51,567 bases of DNA from Candidatus Microgenomates bacterium (GTDB taxonomy: Bacteria; Patescibacteriota; Microgenomatia; UBA1400; PJMF01), in assembly GCA_015486535.1 (NCBI GenBank), contig WFRK01000026.1:1-51567 (forward strand), given 5' to 3'. The notes beneath the pieces are model-generated. The model saw only the letters and a list, made by a program, of their open reading frames with translations, had not been told where the DNA came from and ran no database searches. The translations under genes and the position numbers were made by a program. Of this stretch, positions 8,699 to 17,124 are shown piece by piece (the stretch's first letter is position 1; every line of letters starts with the position of its first letter).

Positions 8699-10714
8699 CT
8701 AAACCTTGCCAACTAACTCAGCTGGGAATCGTTGTTTGACTCTATGCACAATTTTTTGCCTGATGGGCATAATATCAGGGGCAGCAAGATTATTTTGTGG
8801 ATCAAGATAGGTCAGTCTAAAACTGTAGCGTTGTTGATAAACATCTTTCAACTCCACTTGGTGAATTAAGGGAGAAGTTTGTTTGATTGCTGCAATCAGA
8901 TCACCGATTTTTGTATTTTTGGCGATTTCAAAAGTAAGATCTTCAATCAAGGGCATCGTTTTTGCCAATGGTTGGTAATGGGGTTGACTTTGGGCCACTT
9001 GAGATAAACTATTTAAGTCAAGTTCGGCATTGATCAAACCGATGCTTGAAGCTGGTAAGGTGATGTTACTGGCGTTAATTATGCCCAAAGAATGATGTTT
9101 TTGTTTTTTGAAGGCTATTATTTCTGCCTGCGTGTTATTTTTGTTGGTGATGAATTGATAGTCTTCAACAAATAGGTAGTCCAAGAGGCCTTCTATGATG
9201 CCTCGAGCACGGCGATAATTTGACCGAAAACTAAAAGCCAATTTCATTTGTTCCTGAGGCAATTGAGTTTCTTGTCCCGTTGGTCGATAAATCTTAGCAA
9301 CTTCGAATAGTTCTAAATCAGTTGATGTGGGATTTTCAGCGATAACTTGATTAAGTGACGGCAGTAATGAGCGTCTCAAGTAAACCTTATCTTCCGTCAA
9401 AGGATTGGCTAATTTTAGGTGGTCCTTTAGTTGGTAACCGGATTTTAGAGCCTGTTTCTCACTTACCAATGAATAGGTATAGACTTCTTGGAGTCCAACG
9501 AGGCTGAGAAAATTTTTGATTTTTTCTTCTAAATCAAAGTAAGCGTCGTCCGGGCGTTTTAGTGGGAGCGTACCACCCATGATTTTGTTTGGGATATTGT
9601 GATAGCCATAAATACGGGCTACCTCCTCAACAAAATCAACTGGTATCGCTAAATCCTGCCGGTAGGTTGGCGGTGAAATAAGCAGTTGTTGCTTCTCTTG
9701 AGTTACTTTACAGCCAAGTTTAGTCAAAATCGAAATAATTATTTTTTGATCTAAACTGAAGCCGAGATAACGTTGAAAGACTGCTAAGGGAACCGTGATT
9801 GTCTTCATTGATTGTGGGTGAGGGAAATAATCGTAGAGATTGCTCGCAATTTTTGCACCGATGATTTGTTGATAAAGTTTCAATGCGAAACTGAAGGTTG
9901 GTTCGGCTAGGTGAGGATCAACATTTCTTTCGTTTAATTCTGCTGCAACGGTGCGAATATCATGCGTCATCGAACTAAATCTCACTTTTTTAGCATCAAG
10001 ATTTTCAATCCAAAAGAGAATGTTTTTTGTATTTTGATCGACTGCCGTATTGAGCGTACCCTTGATTGCCGGTAAATCGATGATCGTACCATCTTGGGCA
10101 CGAAAAATCACCTCTCCACCAACAGTGGTGTATCTCTCGCCGTCGAGAGTGGTGAATGATTCATTTTTCTTGGCGATATCAATGATAATTTTGCCACCAA
10201 GATTCATCATTTTATCGTAATCAAATGCATGGCAGGGATGGCCGAGTTCATGAGTGACGTAGTTGGTGATGTCAATGGCCGCCCAATGAACATTTTGATC
10301 GATTTGTCGCAAACGTTTAGCCATCCATTCCGGTGTGGCCGTCGGTTTAATTTGACTGAGAACAACAGTAGTAATGCGTTTAACAGCCGCTAGTTGATGA
10401 CTGATCTTTGGTAAGGGAAGCAGCTGAGTTGTTGTCGGTTGCAACTGACTAAATTTCATGAGATGAAGTGGCTTGAGTTGGGCTGGAATTTTGGCATGAT
10501 CTAAGATAACCGCGGCCTCACGAGCAATCCCCCTAACACTCATACTATCGACTCGATTTGTCGTTACCTCAATATCGTAGACAGTTTCACCCTCTTTTTC
10601 TTGAATACGTTCAACTGAAGGACCAGCGAGAGAAAGTTGCTTCCTGATTTGTTCCGGAGTGGCTTTGGTCTCTAGGTGCTCAAGTAGCCAATGATGAGGG
10701 ATTAAAATATTCAT
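8699..10714 (-). CDS. pheT: Phenylalanine--tRNA ligase beta subunit (short form)
   Basis: NRVDSMSVRGIARE, DITNYV..ELGHPCHAFD, RQDL..PVDFVEEVARIYGY and NPL....YLRRSLLPSL. Follows pheS. Confidence 0.95.
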   Translation of the reverse strand: MNILIPHHWLLEHLETKATPEQIRKQLSLAGPSVERIQEKEGETVYDIEVTTNRVDSMSVRGIAREAAVILDHAKIPAQLKPLHLMKFSQLQPTTTQLLPLPKISHQLAAVKRITTVVLSQIKPTATPEWMAKRLRQIDQNVHWAAIDITNYVTHELGHPCHAFDYDKMMNLGGKIIIDIAKKNESFTTLDGERYTTVGGEVIFRAQDGTIIDLPAIKGTLNTAVDQNTKNILFWIENLDAKKVRFSSMTHDIRTVAAELNERNVDPHLAEPTFSFALKLYQQIIGAKIASNLYDYFPHPQSMKTITVPLAVFQRYLGFSLDQKIIISILTKLGCKVTQEKQQLLISPPTYRQDLAIPVDFVEEVARIYGYHNIPNKIMGGTLPLKRPDDAYFDLEEKIKNFLSLVGLQEVYTYSLVSEKQALKSGYQLKDHLKLANPLTEDKVYLRRSLLPSLNQVIAENPTSTDLELFEVAKIYRPTGQETQLPQEQMKLAFSFRSNYRRARGIIEGLLDYLFVEDYQFITNKNNTQAEIIAFKKQKHHSLGIINASNITLPASSIGLINAELDLNSLSQVAQSQPHYQPLAKTMPLIEDLTFEIAKNTKIGDLIAAIKQTSPLIHQVELKDVYQQRYSFRLTYLDPQNNLAAPDIMPIRQKIVHRVKQRFPAELVGKV

Positions 10715-10716
10715 AG

Positions 10717-11808
10717 CTAAAACTGTTCCAAAAATTTGACTTTATTATTATAGAAATGGCGAATATCGTCGATATTTAGTCCTTCTCTCAGAGTATAAGT
10801 TCTCTCCACGCCCCAGCCAAAAGCAAAACCAGTGTATTGATCCGGATCGATACCACCAGCTTTGAGAACATTGGGATGAACCATACCTGCGCCGCCAACT
10901 TCATGCCAACCGGACTTGCACAATTTGCATTTTTGGCCATTGACGAAACCAGTGCCATGACAAATATGACAGCTAAAATCTACTTCAAAAGACGGTTCGG
11001 TGAAGCGGAAGTGAAATGGTCGAATGCGTGATTTTGCCTTTGGACCATAAAATTCTTTAGCAAAATAGTCCAATGTTCCTTTTAGGTGTTGGATGGTAAT
11101 ACCTTTATCAATAACCAGGCCTTCAAATTGATGAAACATTTGTGTGTGTGTTGCGTCTTGTTGGCGGCGGTAACAACGGGCAATATTAATCATCCGAATC
11201 GGCGGTTTACCCAATCGTTCCATTTCTCTCACCTGTCCGTTGGAAGTATGGGTTGTCAGAACCAACTTGCCCCCATCAATCATCTTCGGATGCCGTTTTG
11301 TCAATTGCTTGGGATCATAAGCAACATTTCCAGTTGTGTCCGGTCGGTCGATGAAGAATGTCTCCCATTCATCACGAGCAGGGTGATTGGGGGGCATGTT
11401 CAGACTTTCAAAAACATACCAATCCCAGTCAACTTCAGGGTAACGGACGCGAATAAAACCAATTCTCTCGAAAATACGACTGATTTGATTAATCGCTTGC
11501 GTAATTGGATGAAGATGACCGACCTTTGGCTTATTGCCCGGTAAACTAAAATCAATTGACTGTTGAGTGGCCTGATTTAGCGGCGCAGTCGCAGCAATAT
11601 TTTTTGTCAAATCTCGCTTAATTTGATTAAGCAACTTGCCCGCTTGCCCCCGTTTCTCTGAGGGTAGTTGTTGGATTTGTTTGGCTAATTGAGTAAACAA
11701 ACCCTTTTTACCAAAGTAACGGGTTTGATCAATCTGGCCGCCAGTCAAGTCAGCGGCGAATTGATTTAAAACGACCTTAGCTTGTTGATTAAATTGATCG
11801 ATGGTCAT
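10717..11808 (-). CDS. pheS: Phenylalanine--tRNA ligase alpha subunit
   Basis: HPARD, THTS..QVR, DATH..MFHQFEGL, FRFTEPS, GAGMVHPNVL and GFAFGWGVER. Confidence 0.97.
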   Translation of the reverse strand: MTIDQFNQQAKVVLNQFAADLTGGQIDQTRYFGKKGLFTQLAKQIQQLPSEKRGQAGKLLNQIKRDLTKNIAATAPLNQATQQSIDFSLPGNKPKVGHLHPITQAINQISRIFERIGFIRVRYPEVDWDWYVFESLNMPPNHPARDEWETFFIDRPDTTGNVAYDPKQLTKRHPKMIDGGKLVLTTHTSNGQVREMERLGKPPIRMINIARCYRRQQDATHTQMFHQFEGLVIDKGITIQHLKGTLDYFAKEFYGPKAKSRIRPFHFRFTEPSFEVDFSCHICHGTGFVNGQKCKLCKSGWHEVGGAGMVHPNVLKAGGIDPDQYTGFAFGWGVERTYTLREGLNIDDIRHFYNNKVKFLEQF

Positions 11809-11890
11809 AAAAGTAATTTTTTTATTTTAGCTTCATCACTCTCGATTCTATTACCATTTATTGTAGCAACGATTTAAAAATCTTGCTCAA

Positions 11891-11927
11891 CTAAAAAACC
11901 CCGCGGATGCAGGGTTTAGTTTTTTTG
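11891..11927 (-). terminator. Intrinsic terminator after rplT (possibly bidirectional)
   Basis: Minus-strand hairpin AACCCTGC-ATCC-GCGGGGTT followed by a T-tract. A T-tract is also present on the other side. Confidence 0.7.
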
Positions 11928-11940
11928 TTTTTTTAATTGC

Positions 11941-12297
11941 CTATTTACCCTGCACTTTTGCCACTAATTGACTAAAGATGTCGAAATGATTGACGGCCAG
12001 ATTAGCCAACATCTTTCGATTTAAGGAAATTTGATTTTTTTTGAGTAAATGAATGAATCGTGAATAGATTGGTGCCTGGTCAATTTGAGTTAATCCTGCT
12101 TTAACTCTCACAATCCAAAGTCGGCGGAAATCTCTCTTACGAAGTTTGCGACCAATATAAGCATATTGACCTGCATGGAGTAACGCTTCATGAGCGCGCT
12201 TATAAAGTCGATGATTAGTGCCCCGAAACCCCTTGGTTAATTTCAGTACTTTTTTGTGGCGTCGGCGTCTGACCACGCCAGTTTTTACTCTTGACAT
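11941..12297 (-). CDS. rplT: 50S ribosomal protein bL20
   Basis: MSRVKTGV..RRRHKKVLK..KGFRG and RKRDFRRLWI.R. Confidence 0.97.
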   Translation of the reverse strand: MSRVKTGVVRRRRHKKVLKLTKGFRGTNHRLYKRAHEALLHAGQYAYIGRKLRKRDFRRLWIVRVKAGLTQIDQAPIYSRFIHLLKKNQISLNRKMLANLAVNHFDIFSQLVAKVQGK

Positions 12298-12312
12298 ATG
12301 GATACTCCTTTA

Positions 12313-12516
12313 TCAGGCTAAACCGAGCATGCGTTTGACTTTTCTCGCCCATTTACCCTTCACTTCTACTAGCACTTTACCGGCTCGTAAAGTGCGTTTA
12401 CTTTTTTTTCTGAGTAAGTGTCGTTTATTTTGTGACCGCCGCAATACCTTGCCGGTAGCGGTGATCTTAAAACGTTTCATGGCACCTTTTCTCGTTTTTT
12501 GTTTATTTTTTTTCAT
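12313..12516 (-). CDS. rpmI: 50S ribosomal protein bL35
   Basis: KTRKGAMKRFKITATGKV...RHLL.KKS, located between infC and rplT. Confidence 0.95.
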   Translation of the reverse strand: MKKNKQKTRKGAMKRFKITATGKVLRRSQNKRHLLRKKSKRTLRAGKVLVEVKGKWARKVKRMLGLA

Positions 12517-13057
12517 GATTTTTCCTCGGCATTAATTGGGTAATAAGTTTTCTACCAATCATCTTTGGTGCCATCTCAACACTGGCAATATCCTCGACAC
12601 GAGTGATTACCTGAGCGATGACTTCTTCGCCAAAATTTTTCTTTGTAATCTGTCTCCCTTTATAGATTAAACTGAGTTTGACTTTATTACCTTTATTCAA
12701 AAATTGTTTCACCCGTTTAATTTTCGCTTCCAGATCACCTGCGCCGATAAACGGTTTAAATCTGACTTCTTTTACTTCTTGAGCTTTTGCTTTCTTGCGA
12801 CTGACTGATGCCTTCTGCTTTAGTTGATATTTGTATTTTGATAGTTCAATAATCTTGGCAATTGGTGGATTTTGCTTTTCATTAATCAAAACCAAATCTT
12901 TGCCTTCACCGTAAGCTTTCTTGATGGCGGCACTGGTCGACATCACTCCCAAAGCACCCGTCTCATCGTCAATGACACGTACTTCACTGGCACGAATCCT
13001 GCCGTTAGCAGTGATCTTAAAATTTGCTTGCCTCCTACTTCTTTTATGTCGTATCAC
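12503..13057 (-). CDS. infC: Translation initiation factor IF-3
   Basis: N..IRA.EVRVID, DLVLI...NPPIAKI, KEVRF.P.I...DL..K and GNKVK. Starts GTG-ATA; infC often uses non-ATG starts. Confidence 0.95.
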   Translation of the reverse strand: MIRHKRSRRQANFKITANGRIRASEVRVIDDETGALGVMSTSAAIKKAYGEGKDLVLINEKQNPPIAKIIELSKYKYQLKQKASVSRKKAKAQEVKEVRFKPFIGAGDLEAKIKRVKQFLNKGNKVKLSLIYKGRQITKKNFGEEVIAQVITRVEDIASVEMAPKMIGRKLITQLMPRKNHEKK

Positions 13058-13128
13058 TTAAATTTTTGTTTTATACTTTGTTTGGACAGTTATTTACTGT
13101 TTACTGTCAATTAATTATCAGAGCTGAC

Positions 13129-13178
13129 ATTATAACATGATAAATGAAGTTGTGTAGAGGTTTAATTATTGCTATAAT
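13129..13178. promoter_or_regulatory. Divergent extended -10 promoters (infC operon and tRNA-Val)
   Basis: TGtTATAAT on the minus strand (TATAAT at 13129-13134) and TGcTATAAT on the plus strand (TATAAT at 13173-13178). Confidence 0.55.
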
Positions 13179-13287
13179 TCAGCCCTGTCGTTCTTGAAAA
13201 ATAAATTCATTTATAAGACTGTATCTAGTGATAAATGAGTGAGGAGAAGCGTTCGGTTGGACAAATTGAAGGAACAAGAACAGTATA

Positions 13288-13361
13288 GGGCATGTAGCTC
13301 AGTTGGTTAGAGTGCCACGTTGACATCGTGGAGGTCCCTGGTTCGAGTCCAGGCGTGCCCA
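13288..13361 (+). tRNA. tRNA-Val(GAC)
   Basis: Cloverleaf with acceptor GGGCATG/CGTGCCC, anticodon arm CCACG-TTGACAT-CGTGG and T-loop GTTCGAG. CCA is not encoded. Confidence 0.97.
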
Positions 13362-13379
13362 CTATTGGGGGATTATTTA

Positions 13380-14054
13380 TCAACTGCCACCATAAGCATT
13401 GCTTCTTTCATGATGCATCATGTCAAAAACAGTGCTTGTTTTCTCTGACTTAGTGCCAGCAATTTCTAGGCCCGGTCTTTTACCTTTTCTCGCCTTTTTC
13501 TTTTTACTTTTGGCATTCATTTGAGTTGCCCAAGTGCGAGCGCTACTAATTTTTTTTCTCAAGAGGATGATTAATTGCCGGAGTTTTTGAAAGAAATTTA
13601 AGTAGTAGGCCCCGTTTTCCCCCGGATCAGTTACCTGACTCAATAAACTAACTTCAACCTCTTGATGAAACTTTTTGACGTCCTGCACCAATGCTTGAAG
13701 CTCTGCTCTGAGTTTTTCAATTTGTTTAGCGACTTCCCTTTTTCTAGCACTAAAAACGTCGGTTGTTTCAACGGGATTAATGCGTTCATGCAATTTTTGA
13801 CGACGTCTTTTCTTCTCCGCTTCCAATAGGCGTTGTTGTTGCTCACGCCTTAAGCGATCTGTTTCCTGTTGTTGTCTCGCTTCGGCTGACAGTGGTGGTT
13901 GCATCAGACCAGAGGAAAATGTCTGAGCCAAGTCAGCCTGACTCGCATTTGGTCTGCCGGATATTTTTTCTGTTTCTGATAGCGCGCGCGCAAAGGGGTT
14001 GACAGATCCCTGATAGTTTTGGTTTGTTGATGTTTTCGTTAGTGCCGGTTGCAT
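13380..14054 (-). CDS. Hypothetical coiled-coil protein, resembling a Microgenomates-type conserved family (DUF5660-like, from recollection)
   Basis: 224 aa with a Q/R/E-rich coiled coil and the block PGENGAYYLNFFQKLRQLIILLRKKISSARTW. Family name not verified by search. Confidence 0.6.
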   Translation of the reverse strand: MQPALTKTSTNQNYQGSVNPFARALSETEKISGRPNASQADLAQTFSSGLMQPPLSAEARQQQETDRLRREQQQRLLEAEKKRRRQKLHERINPVETTDVFSARKREVAKQIEKLRAELQALVQDVKKFHQEVEVSLLSQVTDPGENGAYYLNFFQKLRQLIILLRKKISSARTWATQMNAKSKKKKARKGKRPGLEIAGTKSEKTSTVFDMMHHERSNAYGGS

Positions 14055-14183
14055 AACAGAAAAAGCATGCTTGATGCTGTTTGACTAGGTTTTTACTAGA
14101 GAAAAATCATTATAGGTCTTTTTGGTGGCACTGTCAAGTAAATGATTCTCTCTTACCTTAGGTTTAACAAAAAAATAAATCGA

Positions 14184-15089
14184 TCAAATTGCCAACAAGT
14201 GTTTTACCATTTTATCTCGTAGCAGTAACTCTTTCACATATTGGCGGTAGTTGGGTTCTGCTTTATGAATTTTCATTGCTTGATCGGCTGTTTTATCAAA
14301 ATAAACATCAAGTTCTTTGTCGTTGATTGTCAATTTTTCTTGTTTGGCAATGGCATCTAGAATAAACATCAACTGCATTTTACCTACAGCCTGGGTGGCC
14401 AAGTTATTTGCCAATTGACGTTGATCAGTGCCCATTTGTTTTAAATAAGCGTCAAACTCAATTTTTGCTTGTTTTAACCGTTGTATTAATTGATCTAGTT
14501 GGTATTCAACTTCGCGGGTGATTAATAATTCCGGCACTTGTGGCCTGATCGTTTGAATGAGAGCGCCATAAATATGATCAAGTAAGTGTTTCTCATCCAG
14601 TTTTTGTGGTTTCTCCGTCTGAGATTGGTGAGTTTTTTTTGCTGCTTGTTTCGCTTTTTTAGTAATTTTACGATAATTTTTGACATCGATGGTTGGTTTT
14701 TCTGCTACTTCAATTTTAACCACGACATCGTTCCCTTTCGCCAAGGTAACTGGGGTGATTCGAGGAACAGTCAAGGGTTCTAATTTACGTTTTTTTATCT
14801 CAACTAAATAGACATCCGGCAAAACTTGTTGCAGTGCCTCTTCAATTAACTTTGTCGTATCAATATTTTTTTCAGCTACATCGGCTGGAACTTTGCCGGT
14901 GCGAAAACCGGCGAGTTTCAGTTTTTTGGCTGCTTTTTTCAGAGTTTTTTGATAAGCGGAAGCGACTTTTTTCCAGGCGATTGTTGTTTCAAAAATCGTA
15001 TTACCAATGATAATCGGTGGTTGCTTAGATTTTTTTGATTCGTTATTTAAGCGGCTTTTCTTAGTTTTTTGGGTTTTTTCTTTGATCAT
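14184..15089 (-). CDS. tig: Trigger factor lacking the FKBP PPIase domain
   Basis: Ribosome-binding signature GFRTGKVP and C-terminal chaperone segment VPELLITRE...FILDAIAKQEKL. Only 301 aa. Confidence 0.85.
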   Translation of the reverse strand: MIKEKTQKTKKSRLNNESKKSKQPPIIIGNTIFETTIAWKKVASAYQKTLKKAAKKLKLAGFRTGKVPADVAEKNIDTTKLIEEALQQVLPDVYLVEIKKRKLEPLTVPRITPVTLAKGNDVVVKIEVAEKPTIDVKNYRKITKKAKQAAKKTHQSQTEKPQKLDEKHLLDHIYGALIQTIRPQVPELLITREVEYQLDQLIQRLKQAKIEFDAYLKQMGTDQRQLANNLATQAVGKMQLMFILDAIAKQEKLTINDKELDVYFDKTADQAMKIHKAEPNYRQYVKELLLRDKMVKHLLAI

Positions 15090-15140
15090 AATGTGTTAAA
15101 TTATAGCAGAAAAAGTAGTCTTAAGTGACGGAAAGTTTTT

Positions 15141-15986
15141 ATGTCAAAAAATCATCACAAACCAGTTTTATTACATCATCTGAATGATTATGCGCCGAGT
15201 GGTTTGGAATTTGCCGAGATCAAAACCAGGTTTCTTGAACATCTAAATGAACCTCAAGCAGTTGTTGTGCAAGAAACGGCCATTCCGGCTTTAGATACAA
15301 TCGCTTTAGGTTTTGTAACCGGCCAATTGGCCTTTGCACCTTATGCCGGTCAAATGGTGATTTATGGTAACTGTGCTCCAAGGAGAAGCAGTCCTAAAGC
15401 ACAGAAAAATAATATCGATCATGGTATCAAGTATGCTCGCTTAAGAAATGGGGTGGAAATAATTAATGTTTATAGTGAATATGCTTTCGGTTTTATCAAA
15501 AGCGAGATTGAGGTGTTTCATAGTCTAAATGTGCCCAATCAAGGCTCACAATTTCGTTCGCGCGACTTTTTTCCTCGCGCGGTAGCGAAGATCATTAACG
15601 GTAATTATGAAGATTTAGCTGAGCCACTCGATCCGGCCGATATTCCCGATGTGCCTCATAATTTAATTGCCTGGACTGATGGTTTTGGTAATTTGAAAAC
15701 GACGATGAGACTGTCGGATATAAAGAAAATGGGGCTTAATCCCGGTGATAAGGTTCAAGTAATTCTCAACGGTGTTAGCATGCTTGGGGTTGTTTCTCTT
15801 GGTGGTTTTCAGGTTGACCGAGGAGTCTTGGCGATTAATGCCGGTTCAAGTGGTTACGATGATCCTTTCATCGAGTTATTTTTGCGGGTCCATCAAATGA
15901 AGGAAAAGACTGCAGCAGTGCGATTTGATTACCCTGAGGGAGGAACGGAGTTTGAAATTAAGAAGTTAGGAACGAGAGCAGAATAG
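15141..15986 (+). CDS. SAM adenosyltransferase-fold protein (DUF62/fluorinase/chlorinase superfamily), divergent
   Basis: N-terminal NDY (cf. TDFG), SQFRSRDFFP.AVA (cf. TFHGRDxFAPxAA), C-terminal TDGFGNLKT (cf. xDxFGNxxT) and GSSG...IEL. Confidence 0.7.
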   Translation: MSKNHHKPVLLHHLNDYAPSGLEFAEIKTRFLEHLNEPQAVVVQETAIPALDTIALGFVTGQLAFAPYAGQMVIYGNCAPRRSSPKAQKNNIDHGIKYARLRNGVEIINVYSEYAFGFIKSEIEVFHSLNVPNQGSQFRSRDFFPRAVAKIINGNYEDLAEPLDPADIPDVPHNLIAWTDGFGNLKTTMRLSDIKKMGLNPGDKVQVILNGVSMLGVVSLGGFQVDRGVLAINAGSSGYDDPFIELFLRVHQMKEKTAAVRFDYPEGGTEFEIKKLGTRAE

Positions 15987-16006
15987 TTGGGCGTTGCCTA
16001 CGTTAA

Positions 16007-16035
16007 TCGACAAATAAGTTACTTCAAGGTAAAAT
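16007..16035 (+). promoter_or_regulatory. Sigma70-type promoter for tRNA-Val/tRNA-Cys
   Basis: TCGACA-N17-TAAAAT, about 40 nt upstream of tRNA-Val(CAC). Confidence 0.55.
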
Positions 16036-16074
16036 AGGCCTACTTTGGTAGATAAAGCTGAAATTGATTTTTGC

Positions 16075-16151
16075 GGTCGCATAGCTCAGTTGGTTAGAGT
16101 GCTCCGTTCACATCGGAGAGGTCCCTGGTTCGAGTCCAGGTGCGACCACCA
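16075..16151 (+). tRNA. tRNA-Val(CAC)
   Basis: Acceptor GGTCGCA/TGCGACC, anticodon arm CTCCG-TTCACAT-CGGAG. CCA is encoded. Confidence 0.97.
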
Positions 16152-16173
16152 CTTCTCTTTCATTTGGATAATG

Positions 16174-16247
16174 GGCACGGTACCGGAGTGGTCTAACGGC
16201 GAGGTCTGCAAAACCTTCGTTCACGGGTTCGAATCCCGTCCGTGCCT
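16174..16247 (+). tRNA. tRNA-Cys(GCA)
   Basis: Acceptor GGCACGG/CCGTGCC, discriminator U, anticodon loop CTGCAAA. Confidence 0.97.
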
Positions 16248-16334
16248 CAAAGAAATTGAAAGTTGAAAATTAAAAGTGAAAAATGTTAGCTCTCGTTTAA
16301 TTTTATTGAGATTTATGCTTTAAAGGACTTTTTG

Positions 16335-16406
16335 CAGGGCCGGAGGGATTCGAACCCCCACGAGCGGTTTTGGAGACCGCCATGCTACCATTGACATCAC
16401 GGCCCT
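16335..16406 (-). tRNA. tRNA-Trp(CCA)
   Basis: Minus strand AGGGCCG...GCGGT-CTCCAAA-ACCGC...GTTCGAAT...CGGCCCTG. Confidence 0.97.
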
Positions 16407-16549
16407 ACGATTTCAAGCTCAAAATTCTAAATCCAAAACTTAATCTGTTAGCCAGCGGATCAAAGCTCTAAACTTGTGGGATCTATTTTACCTCAACCTA
16501 TGCCAATTACCAATTGGCAAGAGTTGATTTGTCAATTAGTGAAACAAAC

Positions 16550-16831
16550 TCAGTGTTGTTTGTAGATTTCTTTGTGTGTGCCTAAATTAAAAAAATACGG
16601 CATATTATTATAAGTGAAGACTAACCTGAAATCTTTAGTTACAGATAAACTCCAAACATTGTTTAAGTTACCGGAAAGTTTATGTAGCCTAAGAGATGGA
16701 TGTTTTTGGTTTTGTTGAAAAAGCTCAAGCTTTGTTAGTACTTTTTGTGCTGATCTAGGGTTTGTCTTTTTTAGTTTTGCCAGTTTTTGACTAAAGTTCT
16801 TACTAAATTTCAGTCGTAGAATGGGTTGCAT
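16550..16831 (-). CDS. Type II toxin, RelE/YafQ-like mRNA interferase
   Basis: 93 aa basic protein: FSKNF...HPSLRLHKLSG....WSLSV..DFRLVF.....LGTHKEIY. Confidence 0.85.
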   Translation of the reverse strand: MQPILRLKFSKNFSQKLAKLKKTNPRSAQKVLTKLELFQQNQKHPSLRLHKLSGNLNNVWSLSVTKDFRLVFTYNNMPYFFNLGTHKEIYKQH

Positions 16832-16857
16832 TTTAAATGTGTTTTGTAAGTTTTTGT

Positions 16858-17124
16858 TTAAAGATTGGCAAAAAACTCCTTTAGATCAGTGACAACTATA
16901 GCTTTATCTTGTTCTTTTAAAGCCTTTTGATAACTTTTTTCTACCATCTCACTTGCCTGATAAGTAGGGTAAATAGAGTCCTTAACATCGGTGATTACTA
17001 GGTGTCTTAGGTAGGCGGAAAGGCTGAGTCCAAATTGACTAGCTTTAGATCTTGCCAAGCCATAAAGCTCCGTAGGTAAAGTAACTTTTATTTGACTAGA
17101 AGGTGATAAAGTTTTGACTTGCAT
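16858..17124 (-). CDS. Cognate antitoxin (ribbon-helix-helix-like N-terminus)
   Basis: 88 aa, directly upstream of the toxin. IKVTLP..LY..A..KA...GLSLSAYLRHLV pattern with C-terminal DLKEFF. Confidence 0.75.
   Translation of the reverse strand: MQVKTLSPSSQIKVTLPTELYGLARSKASQFGLSLSAYLRHLVITDVKDSIYPTYQASEMVEKSYQKALKEQDKAIVVTDLKEFFANL

Noticed and set aside
13288..16151. Shared sequence between the two tRNA-Val genes as attL/attR of an integrated island
   Set aside because: Both are complete tRNAs with different anticodons and acceptor stems. The enclosed genes include tig and there is no integrase.
16045..16266. 73-aa ORF
   Set aside because: It overlaps tRNA-Val(CAC) and tRNA-Cys.
16027..16493. 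Identical 11-mer AGGTAAAATAG in inverted orientation flanking the tRNA cluster, a possible mobile-element end
   Set aside because: Better explained as the -10 boxes (TAAAAT) of two convergent tRNA promoters. There is no transposase or target duplication.
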